A program made the position numbers and the translations under genes. From Nitrosopumilus sp. (GTDB lineage: Archaea; Thermoproteota; Nitrososphaeria; Nitrososphaerales; Nitrosopumilaceae), in assembly GCA_965249555.1 (NCBI GenBank), contig OZ252243.1:1152001-1216000 (forward strand): DNA of 64,000 bases. Reading direction: 5' to 3'. Under the pieces are notes generated by a model that was given only the letters and a program-made list of their open reading frames with translations, had not been told where the DNA came from and did no database searches. Shown piece by piece: positions 30,987-40,231 of this stretch (positions within the stretch are counted from its first letter, which is position 1; each line of letters starts with the position of its first letter).

Positions 30987-31798
30987 CTTAGTTTTGCAGA
31001 AGGGTACGAACCTAAAACTTTCATGAAAAGAGTTTCTTGTTTTATTTTATCTAGCATTTCTGAAATCTGTGGATTTTTTTCATGTCCCTCAAAATCTACA
31101 TAGAAATTATACTCCCACGTATTTGCTTTTGTTGGTCTAGATTCTATCTTTGTAAGATTGACACTATTCTTGTGAAAATTCTCTATAATTCTGTGCAAAG
31201 AACCTGGTTCATGTTTAATGGAAAAAATAATTGAAGTTTTATCATTTCCTGTTTTAGGTGATTTTTCTTTTGATAATATCAAAAATCTAGTATAGTTGTT
31301 TAGATTATTTGCAATATTTTCAGCAATAATGGGCATATTGTGTATGGTTGATGCCGCTCTACTAGCTATGCATGCACAATTTTTTTTGTTTAATTCTTTG
31401 ACAATTTTTACACTACCTGCTGTATCATATGCAGGAATTGTTTTCATATTGTGTTGCTCAATGAATTTTCTACATTGTCCTAAAGCTTGCGGATGTGAAT
31501 AAACAGTATCTATTTCATCCAATTTACCAACTCCAATCAAACAATGTTCAATTCTATGATAAACTTCACCTGTTGCATTTAGAGCTGTTGAGTATAGTAG
31601 ATCATAACTTTCACCGACACTTCCTTCCAATGAATTTTCTACAGGTAAAATTGCATATTTTGTTTTATCCATAGATGTATTTTCTAAAACATCTGCAAAT
31701 GTTGCAAGAGGAATAGTTTCAATTTCTTCATTAAAAACTGATCTTGCTGCAGATTCACTATATGCACCTCGTTCACCCTGGAACGAAACATGTTTCAT
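30983..31798 (-). CDS. pheA: Prephenate dehydratase
   Basis: QGERGAYS, PVENSLEG, SHPQALGQC, NYTRF and LTKIESRP motifs. Confidence 0.95.
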   Translation of the reverse strand: MKHVSFQGERGAYSESAARSVFNEEIETIPLATFADVLENTSMDKTKYAILPVENSLEGSVGESYDLLYSTALNATGEVYHRIEHCLIGVGKLDEIDTVYSHPQALGQCRKFIEQHNMKTIPAYDTAGSVKIVKELNKKNCACIASRAASTIHNMPIIAENIANNLNNYTRFLILSKEKSPKTGNDKTSIIFSIKHEPGSLHRIIENFHKNSVNLTKIESRPTKANTWEYNFYVDFEGHEKNPQISEMLDKIKQETLFMKVLGSYPSAKLS

Positions 31799-31801
31799 TT
31801 T

Positions 31802-32353
31802 TTAATCTCTCAAATTAAAGAAATCAGTTTTGCCAAAGTTTGATGAAAGTTTTCTTTCATCAATCCATGAACATTCTGTACATTTTATAGCATCACGCAT
31901 TGGTACAACTTTACCTCCACATTTTCTACATTTTGTGAATAAAACTCCTAAATTGGGTTCACTAATTGTTGCATGAATTGTACCATTAAGATGACTAAGA
32001 ATTTTCAATGTTACTATATCGTTAACTAGTGCCACGTTTCTTATTCTGATATTTCGTGTTCCACATATGCATTCCACTTTTGATGTAGTAGGTTTTCCAT
32101 TAATGTAATCCATTGATACAGCAATCATAGATGACATTACTGCTGCAACTGTTCCAATAACAATGTCTCCATCTTTTGGAATTGATAGAAGTTTTGGATG
32201 CTTAATGCTTGCAATACGTGTTGTTTTATCAATGTCTTTTTCTCCTACAGTCGCTGCTCTGACCATATTTCCATCATCAAAAGTGTTGTATCCAGCCTCA
32301 TATTCTTCAATAGATGCTATTTTGTCACCTGGAAATGCTGTATTTTCTGACAT
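31802..32353 (-). CDS. csl4: Exosome RNA-binding protein Csl4
   Basis: PGD..EEY, S1 domain, CRKC..CTEC and ERKLS. Confidence 0.92.
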   Translation of the reverse strand: MSENTAFPGDKIASIEEYEAGYNTFDDGNMVRAATVGEKDIDKTTRIASIKHPKLLSIPKDGDIVIGTVAAVMSSMIAVSMDYINGKPTTSKVECICGTRNIRIRNVALVNDIVTLKILSHLNGTIHATISEPNLGVLFTKCRKCGGKVVPMRDAIKCTECSWIDERKLSSNFGKTDFFNLRD

Positions 32354-32441
32354 GTTGTGATTTTTGCTGTTATGATTATAATTGTTTGTGGTGCGAAAGT
32401 CCTGTTAACTTTGTGGGTGTATCTTCTTCGTGTTTACACTG

Positions 32442-32492
32442 TAAATTCTTAGGGACATTTCATTTTCTCTCAAAATTCTGTAAACTTGGGGA
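32442..32492 (-). repeat. 51-bp dispersed repeat, copy 1 (probable solo transposon end)
   Basis: Exact reverse complement of 48807-48857. Confidence 0.85.
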
Positions 32493-32569
32493 CATGAAAA
32501 TCTGATCAGTATGTGCATTTATCTAGATCGATATAGAATATTTCTTCACTGATTTCGGATTTTACTGAT

Positions 32570-33067
32570 TTAATTATTAAAAAAATGACAGATAAGAGTT
32601 CCAGATAACGAAATCACAGAAATAATCATACAAATTAATGCTATTCGTAAATATCTAAATTTTTCACTTTGAATATCTGCTATACTGTAAATATTATCTA
32701 AAAAATCTTGTAATATGTTTTCGACAGTCATCATTTGTACCCTTTTTCTATATTCTTCTTTTGTTTGTTGAGTTATAGATTTGTAAAAAATTATACTTTC
32801 AAATTGAGTTTTTTGAGTAATTCTAGGAAAGATGACTAGGAATGAGAAAAAAATAGTGGCACTCAGGAACCCTATCGTGGTTATTAATCCAAATATAAGA
32901 TATTTGTCCAAATTTATTTTCTCAGAAAACACTAAAAGACCCATGATGATTCCTGCTGAACCTAAAATCAATCCTGCCTTTGTGTCTGCAAAATTTATCA
33001 GATCTACATTATGTTGGAGGATTGATTTTACAAGTTCAATTTTTTCATCCATTGTATCTTTACTCAT
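32570..33067 (-). CDS. pycTM: Pycsar-type transmembrane effector (DUF5706-like)
   Basis: INFADTKAG, TM helices, FPR..SIIFYKSI and EKFRYLR; 1-nt overlap with the cyclase stop. Confidence 0.85.
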   Translation of the reverse strand: MSKDTMDEKIELVKSILQHNVDLINFADTKAGLILGSAGIIMGLLVFSEKINLDKYLIFGLITTIGFLSATIFFSFLVIFPRITQKTQFESIIFYKSITQQTKEEYRKRVQMMTVENILQDFLDNIYSIADIQSEKFRYLRIALICMIISVISLSGTLICHFFNN

Positions 33068-33798
33068 TAATTATATCCATTCCAATGTGCACTATAATGA
33101 TAAAATCTATACTTTTTGTTAGTTGCAATATCCACCCACTCAAAGTCATCTCTATTGTTTTGCATAGTGCAATACGATTGTTCCATTTGAGATAATTCCG
33201 AATATACAGAATCACCTAAAAATATTTGATGCTCTCCAGCAAATTCTTCTAATTGTTTTGCTATGCTTACTTCATTACCAACTAAAGTTAATTGATTCAT
33301 TCCTTGTACACCTACACGTGCAACCCATATGTTCCCATAATCTAATCCAATAGAACATGAAAAACGAGGTAACTTTATTGAGTCAAGATATGCATTTATT
33401 GCATAATTAATTTCAGTTAAAATTGTCAATCCACAATCTATTGCGTTTGAAATTGCTTTTTCTTTACTTATTCCCACTCCAAATAAGGCTGTAATTCCAT
33501 CTCCAACATATTTTTCTATGAATCCATCATAATCTCTGATTACATAAGTTAATTCTGAAAGATAAATGTTAAGAAATCGTAGTTTCTCATCATTAGATAA
33601 ATTCCCTGTTAGTTTTTTAAAATTATTCATATCGATATGCATTACTACAAGTCCAAATTCTTTGGCTTCCCCTAATCTCATGTCATCAATTTTTGGTATA
33701 GTTTTTCCTGATGTAATGTCATCAAATTCTCGATCACAATCAAACTGTTTTACTCTATTTTTGGCTTCAATTATTGTGTTATTATTATTCCATGGCAT
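33067..33798 (-). CDS. pycC: Class III nucleotide cyclase (Pycsar PycC-like)
   Basis: HIDMNNF, EKYVGDG, IGLDYG and VGNEV motifs; directly upstream of a DUF5706-like effector. Confidence 0.8.
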   Translation of the reverse strand: MPWNNNNTIIEAKNRVKQFDCDREFDDITSGKTIPKIDDMRLGEAKEFGLVVMHIDMNNFKKLTGNLSNDEKLRFLNIYLSELTYVIRDYDGFIEKYVGDGITALFGVGISKEKAISNAIDCGLTILTEINYAINAYLDSIKLPRFSCSIGLDYGNIWVARVGVQGMNQLTLVGNEVSIAKQLEEFAGEHQIFLGDSVYSELSQMEQSYCTMQNNRDDFEWVDIATNKKYRFYHYSAHWNGYN

Positions 33799-33980
33799 AT
33801 GCGTAGAGTAAAACTATGTTCTTAATTAGTATGAGTCATTAGTATTCAATCTTTTAAAAAATTGAAATATGAACTTGTATACAAATTATCAGAAATTGTT
33901 TAATGTGTTTAGAGGCCACTCTTAACATGGATACTATTGAAAATAAGAAAGGTCCTAATGGAGAATCCAGCAAAAAGTCA

Positions 33981-34071
33981 GGTAAACCATCAGGCCGATA
34001 GAGCTGGAATTGAGATTAAAGGGGATAACAAATGGTTAACCATAATCCAAAACGCCTCACTCTATAATTAA
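33981..34071 (+). pseudogene. C-terminal fragment of IS6/IS1-like DDE transposase
   Basis: AGIEIKGDNKWLTIIQNASLYN* is typical of archaeal DDE transposase tails. Confidence 0.6.
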
Positions 34072-34238
34072 AATTCTATTAGAATAGTAAAATAGTTATA
34101 TGATTATTCTGTGTATCAAAATTAACTTGAGTTTGGCTTGTCTTTGCCTGTGATTTGCTATCACAATTAAGACAAAAAATGAAGCCTTATACTCCTATCG
34201 GGCATAAGGTAGATTCTTTTTATTTTAAAAAAATTAAT

Positions 34239-34321
34239 GCTACGGTACGCAAGTCTGGTATGCGGGAAGACTTCTAATCTTCTGCCCGATAGGTTCGGGG
34301 ATTCGAATCCCTCTCGTAGCG
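34239..34321 (+). tRNA. Non-canonical tRNA-like gene, anticodon TCT (Arg), long variable arm
   Basis: Acceptor GCTACGG/TCGTAGC, D-stem CGCA/TGCG with TGG loop, anticodon stem GAAGA/TCTTC with loop CT-TCT-AA, 14-nt variable region, T-loop TTCGAAT. Confidence 0.8.
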
Positions 34322-34623
34322 AGGGGTTCTGCATGGTTACGTAACGCAATGGTAGAGGCTGCAAATACTACAGTACGATTTGATGAAAGAATGGAATCAT
34401 TCTATTTCAGAATTACAAAGAGAAGAAAACAAAAGTGGCAGCTGCAAGACCGGATGCTTGCAATAATCCGGGCACATGCTAACTCTGAAAGTGTATCGTA
34501 CACAAAATCATGAACTGACACAACGAAAGTATAAGATGCAAGGCATATCTGAGATGTCCTGATTCAGCAAAGCACGCTAGGAAGTGTCCTCAGTAGGGTT
34601 GGAGACGATTTCGTATGGGAGAA
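34322..34623 (+). mobile_element. 3' remnant of a second IS110-family element (copy A)
   Basis: Frameshifted RGSAWLRNAMVEAANTTVRFDERMESFYFRITKRR..AAAR..MLAII.HMLT..QRKYK plus a short 3' non-coding end. Confidence 0.75.
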
Positions 34624-34625
34624 TC

Positions 34626-34922
34626 TTATAGACCACTATTTTTATTACCATTAGATGTTACAGTACAAGTTATTTTATCATCATCACCAGTATCTAGATT
34701 ATTTTTCCAATGCAGTGGAATTAAATTTGAGATATTATTTGACCCACCTTTTGATTCAGCTTTTATATGATGGATTTCCCAACCAAAATCTGATTGCCTA
34801 TCTCCATGTGCAGAAAGTTTTATCCATGCTCCACACACATCTTTTCTAAAATCGTTTTTATCATTATTTTTATCTATCTCTCCGTTACACCAGACATCTG
34901 TTTTGATATCGTTATTGGACAA
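34626..34922 (-). CDS. HNH endonuclease
   Basis: RKDVCGAWI..GWEIHHI...GGSNNISNLIPLHWKNN. Confidence 0.88.
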   Translation of the reverse strand: MSNNDIKTDVWCNGEIDKNNDKNDFRKDVCGAWIKLSAHGDRQSDFGWEIHHIKAESKGGSNNISNLIPLHWKNNLDTGDDDKITCTVTSNGNKNSGL

Positions 34923-35174
34923 TATGGTGAATAATGAATTATCATTATTAAGTGTAATACATTTACATCTTAAGATCGTCTTAACTAATTTTCCGTTCTC
35001 TTACAATTCTAACGCAATATGATATACCGTGAGATTTATTGGCAAATCTTCCGTTTTTTACTTCATGATCTACCCACTTTAGGAGTTCATAATCTATTGA
35101 TATGGCTGTCTTGATTTTCGTACACAAAGTTATACCAAATATAACTTAAATGCGGTAAAACTAGGTTATACTTT

Positions 35175-36947
35175 ATGATTAAATTTGTCTTTATTTTGTT
35201 AATTACCATTACATTTATTCCAGCATTTGCTGATAGTCATCCAGTTTCAAGGGATTATTTTTATGAATGGAAAGAATGGGCATATGATATATTTGATTGG
35301 TATAAAAATCAAATATCAACACTTGAATCTGAAAATGAAAAATTAAAGCTGCAGATTGCACATTATCAAAATGAACCAAATTATAACGATCCTGATTATG
35401 ATACCCATTCAAAATATCTAACACCAGAACTAATAACACAACAACAAGAACAGATAACACAAGATCAAAATAATGAAGATATGAGAGTTGTTTATTATGA
35501 TAATGGAAATATTAAACAGATTTTTGATAGTGATGGATTTTTAATTGTTGAGTATTATGAAAGTGGAAGTTTTAAGTCTTATTTTAATGAATTTTATAAT
35601 GATGAGATAATTAAAAAATATAGTAAAACTGGAATAGAAGAAACATTTGAGAATTATAAACAAGAAAAACAACAAGATGGTTTGTTAGATGGTCAAGCCT
35701 TAGATTCTAATGGAAATCTTGTATTACTTACTGCAGAATCTCAATATGCACATCATCTAAAAACATTAGAATTAAATGAAGAAAGAGGTATGGGACCTTT
35801 TCATGATGGTTTTAGGTTTGGACCAGATAGTTATTATGACAAATTATGTGAAGATTCAAACAGAAATTGGATAATACCAACCATTGAGTTAGAATTTCCT
35901 ACATCTCAGACTTTGGGAAATACAGAATACATCTATCATATGCCAAATGAGAATGAAATTGTAGTTGAGGGAAGTGTGATTAAATCAAATGATTATGATA
36001 AATATGTTTCAGTCTATTTCAATTTTTTTACTGATGACGAACTGCGTCAAACTGATTTAATTGGAATTACTGTTAGTTCTGGAATAGTTGGCACTGTTTG
36101 GAATAGTGATAATCCTAACAATTTTGGAAGAATATTAGATAAAGATGATGGAAGATTTTCTACAAGTTTCAATAAAAATACTATAGATGAGATATTAGGT
36201 TCTGATCCTGTTTATGACAAACATGTATCTAGTTTTTATAAAATAACAGTGAATTATGATGATCAATGTGGATTTAAAAAGTTTGATTATGTTAGATACA
36301 TTGAAGATATAACACCCACAATAAATGAAATACCAACACTAGAACCAAAGGTAACACCAGAAACAACCAAAGACCTAACACGAATAGAGTATGATGATAA
36401 TGGAAACAAAAAATATTATTATAAAAATAATATTTTGGTTGCAGAGTATTATGAAAATGGAAACTTTAAGGTTCTTTATGATGATAATGGTAATCTAATT
36501 AAAAAATATCCAGTATCTAAACAATCAATATATGAGTCAACTCCAACAATAAATGAAATATCAAAAGACCCATCCGAATCAATTGAAGTCAAATATTACA
36601 AAATACCATTACCATTTAGTAATGGGAATTTTGCTAATGCACATAGAAGCCATGCAGAAGTAATTACAATTGATGTAAATGTTGCTTGTATAGATGGGAA
36701 ATCTTCGTGTTTTACTCCAGATAGAACAGTAATACCAGTTGGTGGGGAGGTTATTTTTGTAGTAAATGATGGTTTTGGACATGTCATTGTTCAAGGAACT
36801 GATAGGGCTAAACCATATGATGGTGAATTTAGAGTAGATAATTTAGTTAGAGGTGGACAGTTTTCACATGTTTTTGATAATGCAGGAGAATATCCATACT
36901 TTTCTCATATACATCCTAATGCAGAAGGTATTGTAATAGTAGAATAA
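35175..36947 (+). CDS. Secreted protein with MORN-variant-like repeats and C-terminal cupredoxin-like domain
   Basis: Signal peptide (PAFA), YYxNGN repeats, CFTP..GHVIV..FSHVFDNAGEYPYFSHIHPNAEG. Confidence 0.8.
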   Translation: MIKFVFILLITITFIPAFADSHPVSRDYFYEWKEWAYDIFDWYKNQISTLESENEKLKLQIAHYQNEPNYNDPDYDTHSKYLTPELITQQQEQITQDQNNEDMRVVYYDNGNIKQIFDSDGFLIVEYYESGSFKSYFNEFYNDEIIKKYSKTGIEETFENYKQEKQQDGLLDGQALDSNGNLVLLTAESQYAHHLKTLELNEERGMGPFHDGFRFGPDSYYDKLCEDSNRNWIIPTIELEFPTSQTLGNTEYIYHMPNENEIVVEGSVIKSNDYDKYVSVYFNFFTDDELRQTDLIGITVSSGIVGTVWNSDNPNNFGRILDKDDGRFSTSFNKNTIDEILGSDPVYDKHVSSFYKITVNYDDQCGFKKFDYVRYIEDITPTINEIPTLEPKVTPETTKDLTRIEYDDNGNKKYYYKNNILVAEYYENGNFKVLYDDNGNLIKKYPVSKQSIYESTPTINEISKDPSESIEVKYYKIPLPFSNGNFANAHRSHAEVITIDVNVACIDGKSSCFTPDRTVIPVGGEVIFVVNDGFGHVIVQGTDRAKPYDGEFRVDNLVRGGQFSHVFDNAGEYPYFSHIHPNAEGIVIVE

Positions 36948-36980
36948 CACTACTAACAACATAATTCTTTCAATATCTTT

Positions 36981-38214
36981 TGGTCTGGTCCCCTCTAGAA
37001 TGAGAACGTCTACATACACTTTTCAGGGGATCTAGGAGATTCACACTCATGGTAAAGAGCAAATTCACACCTGCAGAAAAATCAAGAATAATTCTTGAAT
37101 CATTAAACACCAACATTGGAACTGCAGAATTGTGCAGAAAGCACAACATTCATCCGCAGACATTCTACTCTTGGAAAGAAAAGTTTGTGGATGGAGGCAA
37201 ATCCGCATTAAACAGCAGGATCTGATGACAATACATGCAAGACATTACAAAAAGAAAATGAGACTCTAAAAAGAATTGTAGGTGAGTTGACCATCGTCAA
37301 TGACACTTTTAAAAAAATGTTGGAGGGACACAAAAGATGATCATTGCAAAGCAACTCACTGCAAAATTGAGTCTGAGAAAATCATTATCATACGTTGGGA
37401 TATCACACAACAAATGGTACCATACAAAATCCCCCCGAAACATTCCACTAAACAAGACCGTATCCCAAATGGTCCAAAAGATTGGAAATGCCAGGCCAAC
37501 ATATGGAACCCGTAGGATGGCTGCAGCCACAGCAAGGGAGCTTGGATTGCCTGTAAACAGAAAGCAGATTCGCAGAATATTCCACAAGCTAGGCTGGATT
37601 GCACCTGCAAAGACCAAAAAAGACATCATGGCATCCAAAAAGAAACTTTTCAAACCGACTGCGCCAAACCAGTTGTGGCAGACAGATATGACATATGTCT
37701 GGTGTGGAGTTGATGGTTGGTGTTACTGCTTTAATGTCATAGATACATTTAGCAGAAAATGGATTTCATACATATTTGATGTAACTGCAAGCAAAGATGC
37801 TGCAACAGAATCAATCATTCATGCAATTGCAACTTCCAATCCGGATTGTGCCAAACTGATTATACGAACTGACAATGGTTCGCAATATGTAAGCCGAAAG
37901 TTCAGAGAAGCAATCCTGCTTTTGGGTGCAAGACAGGAATTCATCTGGCACCATACACCACAACAAAATGGTCATGTCGAATCGTTTCATAAAACGTTAA
38001 AGAAGGAATATCTCTGGCCACACGAGTTTGAAAATTTCCAATCAGCACAAGAATTGCCAAGGCATTTGAGGATTACAACGATTCCAGGATTCACTCTGCA
38101 CTTGGATACATCACGCCAGATGAATTTCTGGAAAAATGGGAGATGAGACATGAATGAGGGTAATTGTATGTAAAATTATGCAAAAAGTGCTCTCATTTAG
38201 TGGGGTCCACTCCA
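36981..38214 (+). mobile_element. IS3-family insertion sequence (frameshifted)
   Basis: Imperfect IRs TGGTCTGGTCCCC.. / ..GGGGTCCACTCCA; HTH OrfA from 37049; OrfB 37337-38146 with WQTDMTY, TDNGSQY, NGHVESFH. Confidence 0.9.
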
Positions 38215-38218
38215 CCAA

Positions 38219-38280
38219 TTGCTAGTAATTTTTGATGTTGAAGGTGTTTTATATGATGAAGAATATCTCACTATTCTTTC
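38219..38280 (+). pseudogene. N-terminal fragment of a HAD phosphatase (phosphoserine phosphatase-like)
   Basis: TTG start gives MLVIFDVEGVLYDEEYL, then runs into the IS110 remnant. Confidence 0.6.
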
Positions 38281-38495
38281 AGAATTGCAAAGAGAAGAAA
38301 ACAAAGGTGGTAGCTGCAAGACCGGATGCTTGCAATAATCCGGGCACATGCTAACTCTGAAAGTGTATCGTACACAAAATCATGAACTGACACAACGAAA
38401 GTATAAGATGCAAGGCATATCTGAGATGTCCTGATTCAGCAAAGCACGCTAGGAAGTGTCCTCAGTAGGGTTGGAGACGATTTCGTATGGGAGAA
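38277..38495 (+). mobile_element. IS110 3' remnant (copy B), 219-bp direct repeat of 34405-34623
   Basis: Near-identical to copy A (3 mismatches seen). Confidence 0.85.
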
Positions 38496-38548
38496 CCGGT
38501 GTGAAAGATCTTGGCAAATCATATATCTCCAAAAATTTGAAAAAAATC

Positions 38549-39625
38549 ATGAAAGCCCTTGTATATGATCAATATACTACTGATGATGATTTTTCTAAAA
38601 TCTTAAAAATCAAAGATATTCCTTCCCCTAAACCAAAACCTGATGAAGTTATTTTCAAAGTAAAAACAGCATCACTCAACTATGATGATATTTGGGGAAT
38701 GAGAGGTAAACCACTGGCAATTCCATTACCACACATATCTGGAACTGATGCTGCAGGGGAAGTTACTGCAGTTGGTAGTGATGTAAAAACTATCAAAGTT
38801 GGTGACAGAGTAGTTTCCCATGGAAATATGTCATGTAGAGTTTGCAAAGCATGTACTGATGGACGAGAATATGATTGTAGAAAACGAACTATTTGGGGTT
38901 TTGAAACAGGTCCGCTTTGGGGTGGATATTGTGAAGAAACTCATCTTCCTGAAGTCAATGTTGTGAAAATTCCTGAAAATGTGTCATATGATGCTGCTGC
39001 AGCTGCATCAATGACTTTACTGACAGCATGGCACATGCTAATTGGAAGAGCAAAAATTCAACCTGGACAATTAGTTTTGATTATGGGTGGAAGTTCAGGT
39101 GTTGGAAATTATGGAATTCAAATCGCAAAACTTTTTGGATGTACTGTAATTGCCACTGCTAGTCCTGATAAGTTGGAAAAATTACTGGACTTGGGAGCTG
39201 ATTATGCAGTAGATCATAGAAATGATGATTGGCACAAAGAAGTTAGAGCAATTACAAAAAAAATCTCGAAACCTTCTGGTGATATATCTGGAGTTGATGT
39301 AATTTTTGAACATATTGGAGGTTCTCACTGGAACAAAGAGCTAACTTTGCTAAATTATGGTGGAACAATTGTTACTACTGGGGCAACAACAGGTTATGAT
39401 GCAAAGACTGACCTACGTCACATTTTCTTCAAAGGAATCAACATTTTAGGTTCAACTCAAGGAACTAGAGCTGAATTAGAACTTGGTCTCTATTGGATGT
39501 CCCAAGGAAAAATAAAATCTGTAATTGATTCAGTGTATTCACTTGAACAGGCAGCAGAGGCTCACACAAAAATGCTGAAAGGCAAAGGACTTTTTGGAAA
39601 AATCTTAATGAAACCAGGATCATGA
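38549..39625 (+). CDS. Zn-binding alcohol dehydrogenase/MDR oxidoreductase
   Basis: MKALV start, GTDAAG, CRVCKAC..C, GGSSGVG; ORF-track extension to 38456 comes from the repeat. Confidence 0.92.
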   Translation: MKALVYDQYTTDDDFSKILKIKDIPSPKPKPDEVIFKVKTASLNYDDIWGMRGKPLAIPLPHISGTDAAGEVTAVGSDVKTIKVGDRVVSHGNMSCRVCKACTDGREYDCRKRTIWGFETGPLWGGYCEETHLPEVNVVKIPENVSYDAAAAASMTLLTAWHMLIGRAKIQPGQLVLIMGGSSGVGNYGIQIAKLFGCTVIATASPDKLEKLLDLGADYAVDHRNDDWHKEVRAITKKISKPSGDISGVDVIFEHIGGSHWNKELTLLNYGGTIVTTGATTGYDAKTDLRHIFFKGINILGSTQGTRAELELGLYWMSQGKIKSVIDSVYSLEQAAEAHTKMLKGKGLFGKILMKPGS

Positions 39626-40231
39626 TTGATAATGGTAGATCCTAAAATAAATTCAATTTTAGATGAAGGAAATAGATTATTTCTCCAAGGAAAACTAAAA
39701 GAAGCAATTGCATATTATGATAAAATTCTAAATGATAATCCGGAACATCTCAGTTCATTAAACAATAAGGGATATGCACTAAGTAAACTCAAAGATTTTG
39801 ATAATGCCATAAAGTGCTATGATGTGGCTCTTCAGATATGTCCAAACGATCTTTCTGTGTTAGTAAATAAAATCTCAACTATTCGTAAACAAGGAAATTT
39901 TGTTAAAGCATTGTCATTATGTGATAAAATTTTAAAGGATTATCCAAAATACAATATTGCCTTATATCACAAAGAACGAATTTTATTTTCTATGAAAAAA
40001 TTTGATGAATCTATTTTATGCTGTAATAGTATATTGGAAGTTTATCCAAATAATGGTGATGTTTTATTTGATAAATCATGTAACTTCATCATGCTCTCAC
40101 AAGTTGATGAAGCACTTGTTCTTCTAGAACGTGCAATTATTCAAGGAATTCAATATAAAATCAAAGCAAAAAAATCTAAATCATTTGAAAAATTATTAGA
40201 TAACTCCAAGTTCAAAAAATTAGTATCGTGA
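39626..40231 (+). CDS. TPR repeat protein
   Basis: Repeated AIxxYDK/NKG TPR units. Confidence 0.9.
   Translation: MIMVDPKINSILDEGNRLFLQGKLKEAIAYYDKILNDNPEHLSSLNNKGYALSKLKDFDNAIKCYDVALQICPNDLSVLVNKISTIRKQGNFVKALSLCDKILKDYPKYNIALYHKERILFSMKKFDESILCCNSILEVYPNNGDVLFDKSCNFIMLSQVDEALVLLERAIIQGIQYKIKAKKSKSFEKLLDNSKFKKLVS

Noticed and set aside
34271-34277. Reading the anticodon as CTA (amber suppressor)
   Set aside because: The 5-bp stem GAAGA/TCTTC fixes a 7-nt loop with TCT at positions 34-36
34167-34364. 65-aa minus-strand ORF
   Set aside because: Antisense shadow of the tRNA and IS remnant
34335-34365. Apparent 5' half of a second tRNA (GGTTACGTAACGCAATGGTAGAG)
   Set aside because: No anticodon or T arm follows; it translates as WLRNAMVEAA, part of the IS110 transposase remnant
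34443-34471. H-type pseudoknot-like pairing (TGCAAG/CTTGCA and CCGGA/TCCGG) suggesting a ribozyme or intron
   Set aside because: Lies within degenerate transposase coding sequence; no group I/II intron hallmarks and no covariation between the two copies
38456-38548. N-terminal extension of the dehydrogenase ORF
   Set aside because: Begins inside the IS110 repeat; MKALV at 38549 is the family-typical start
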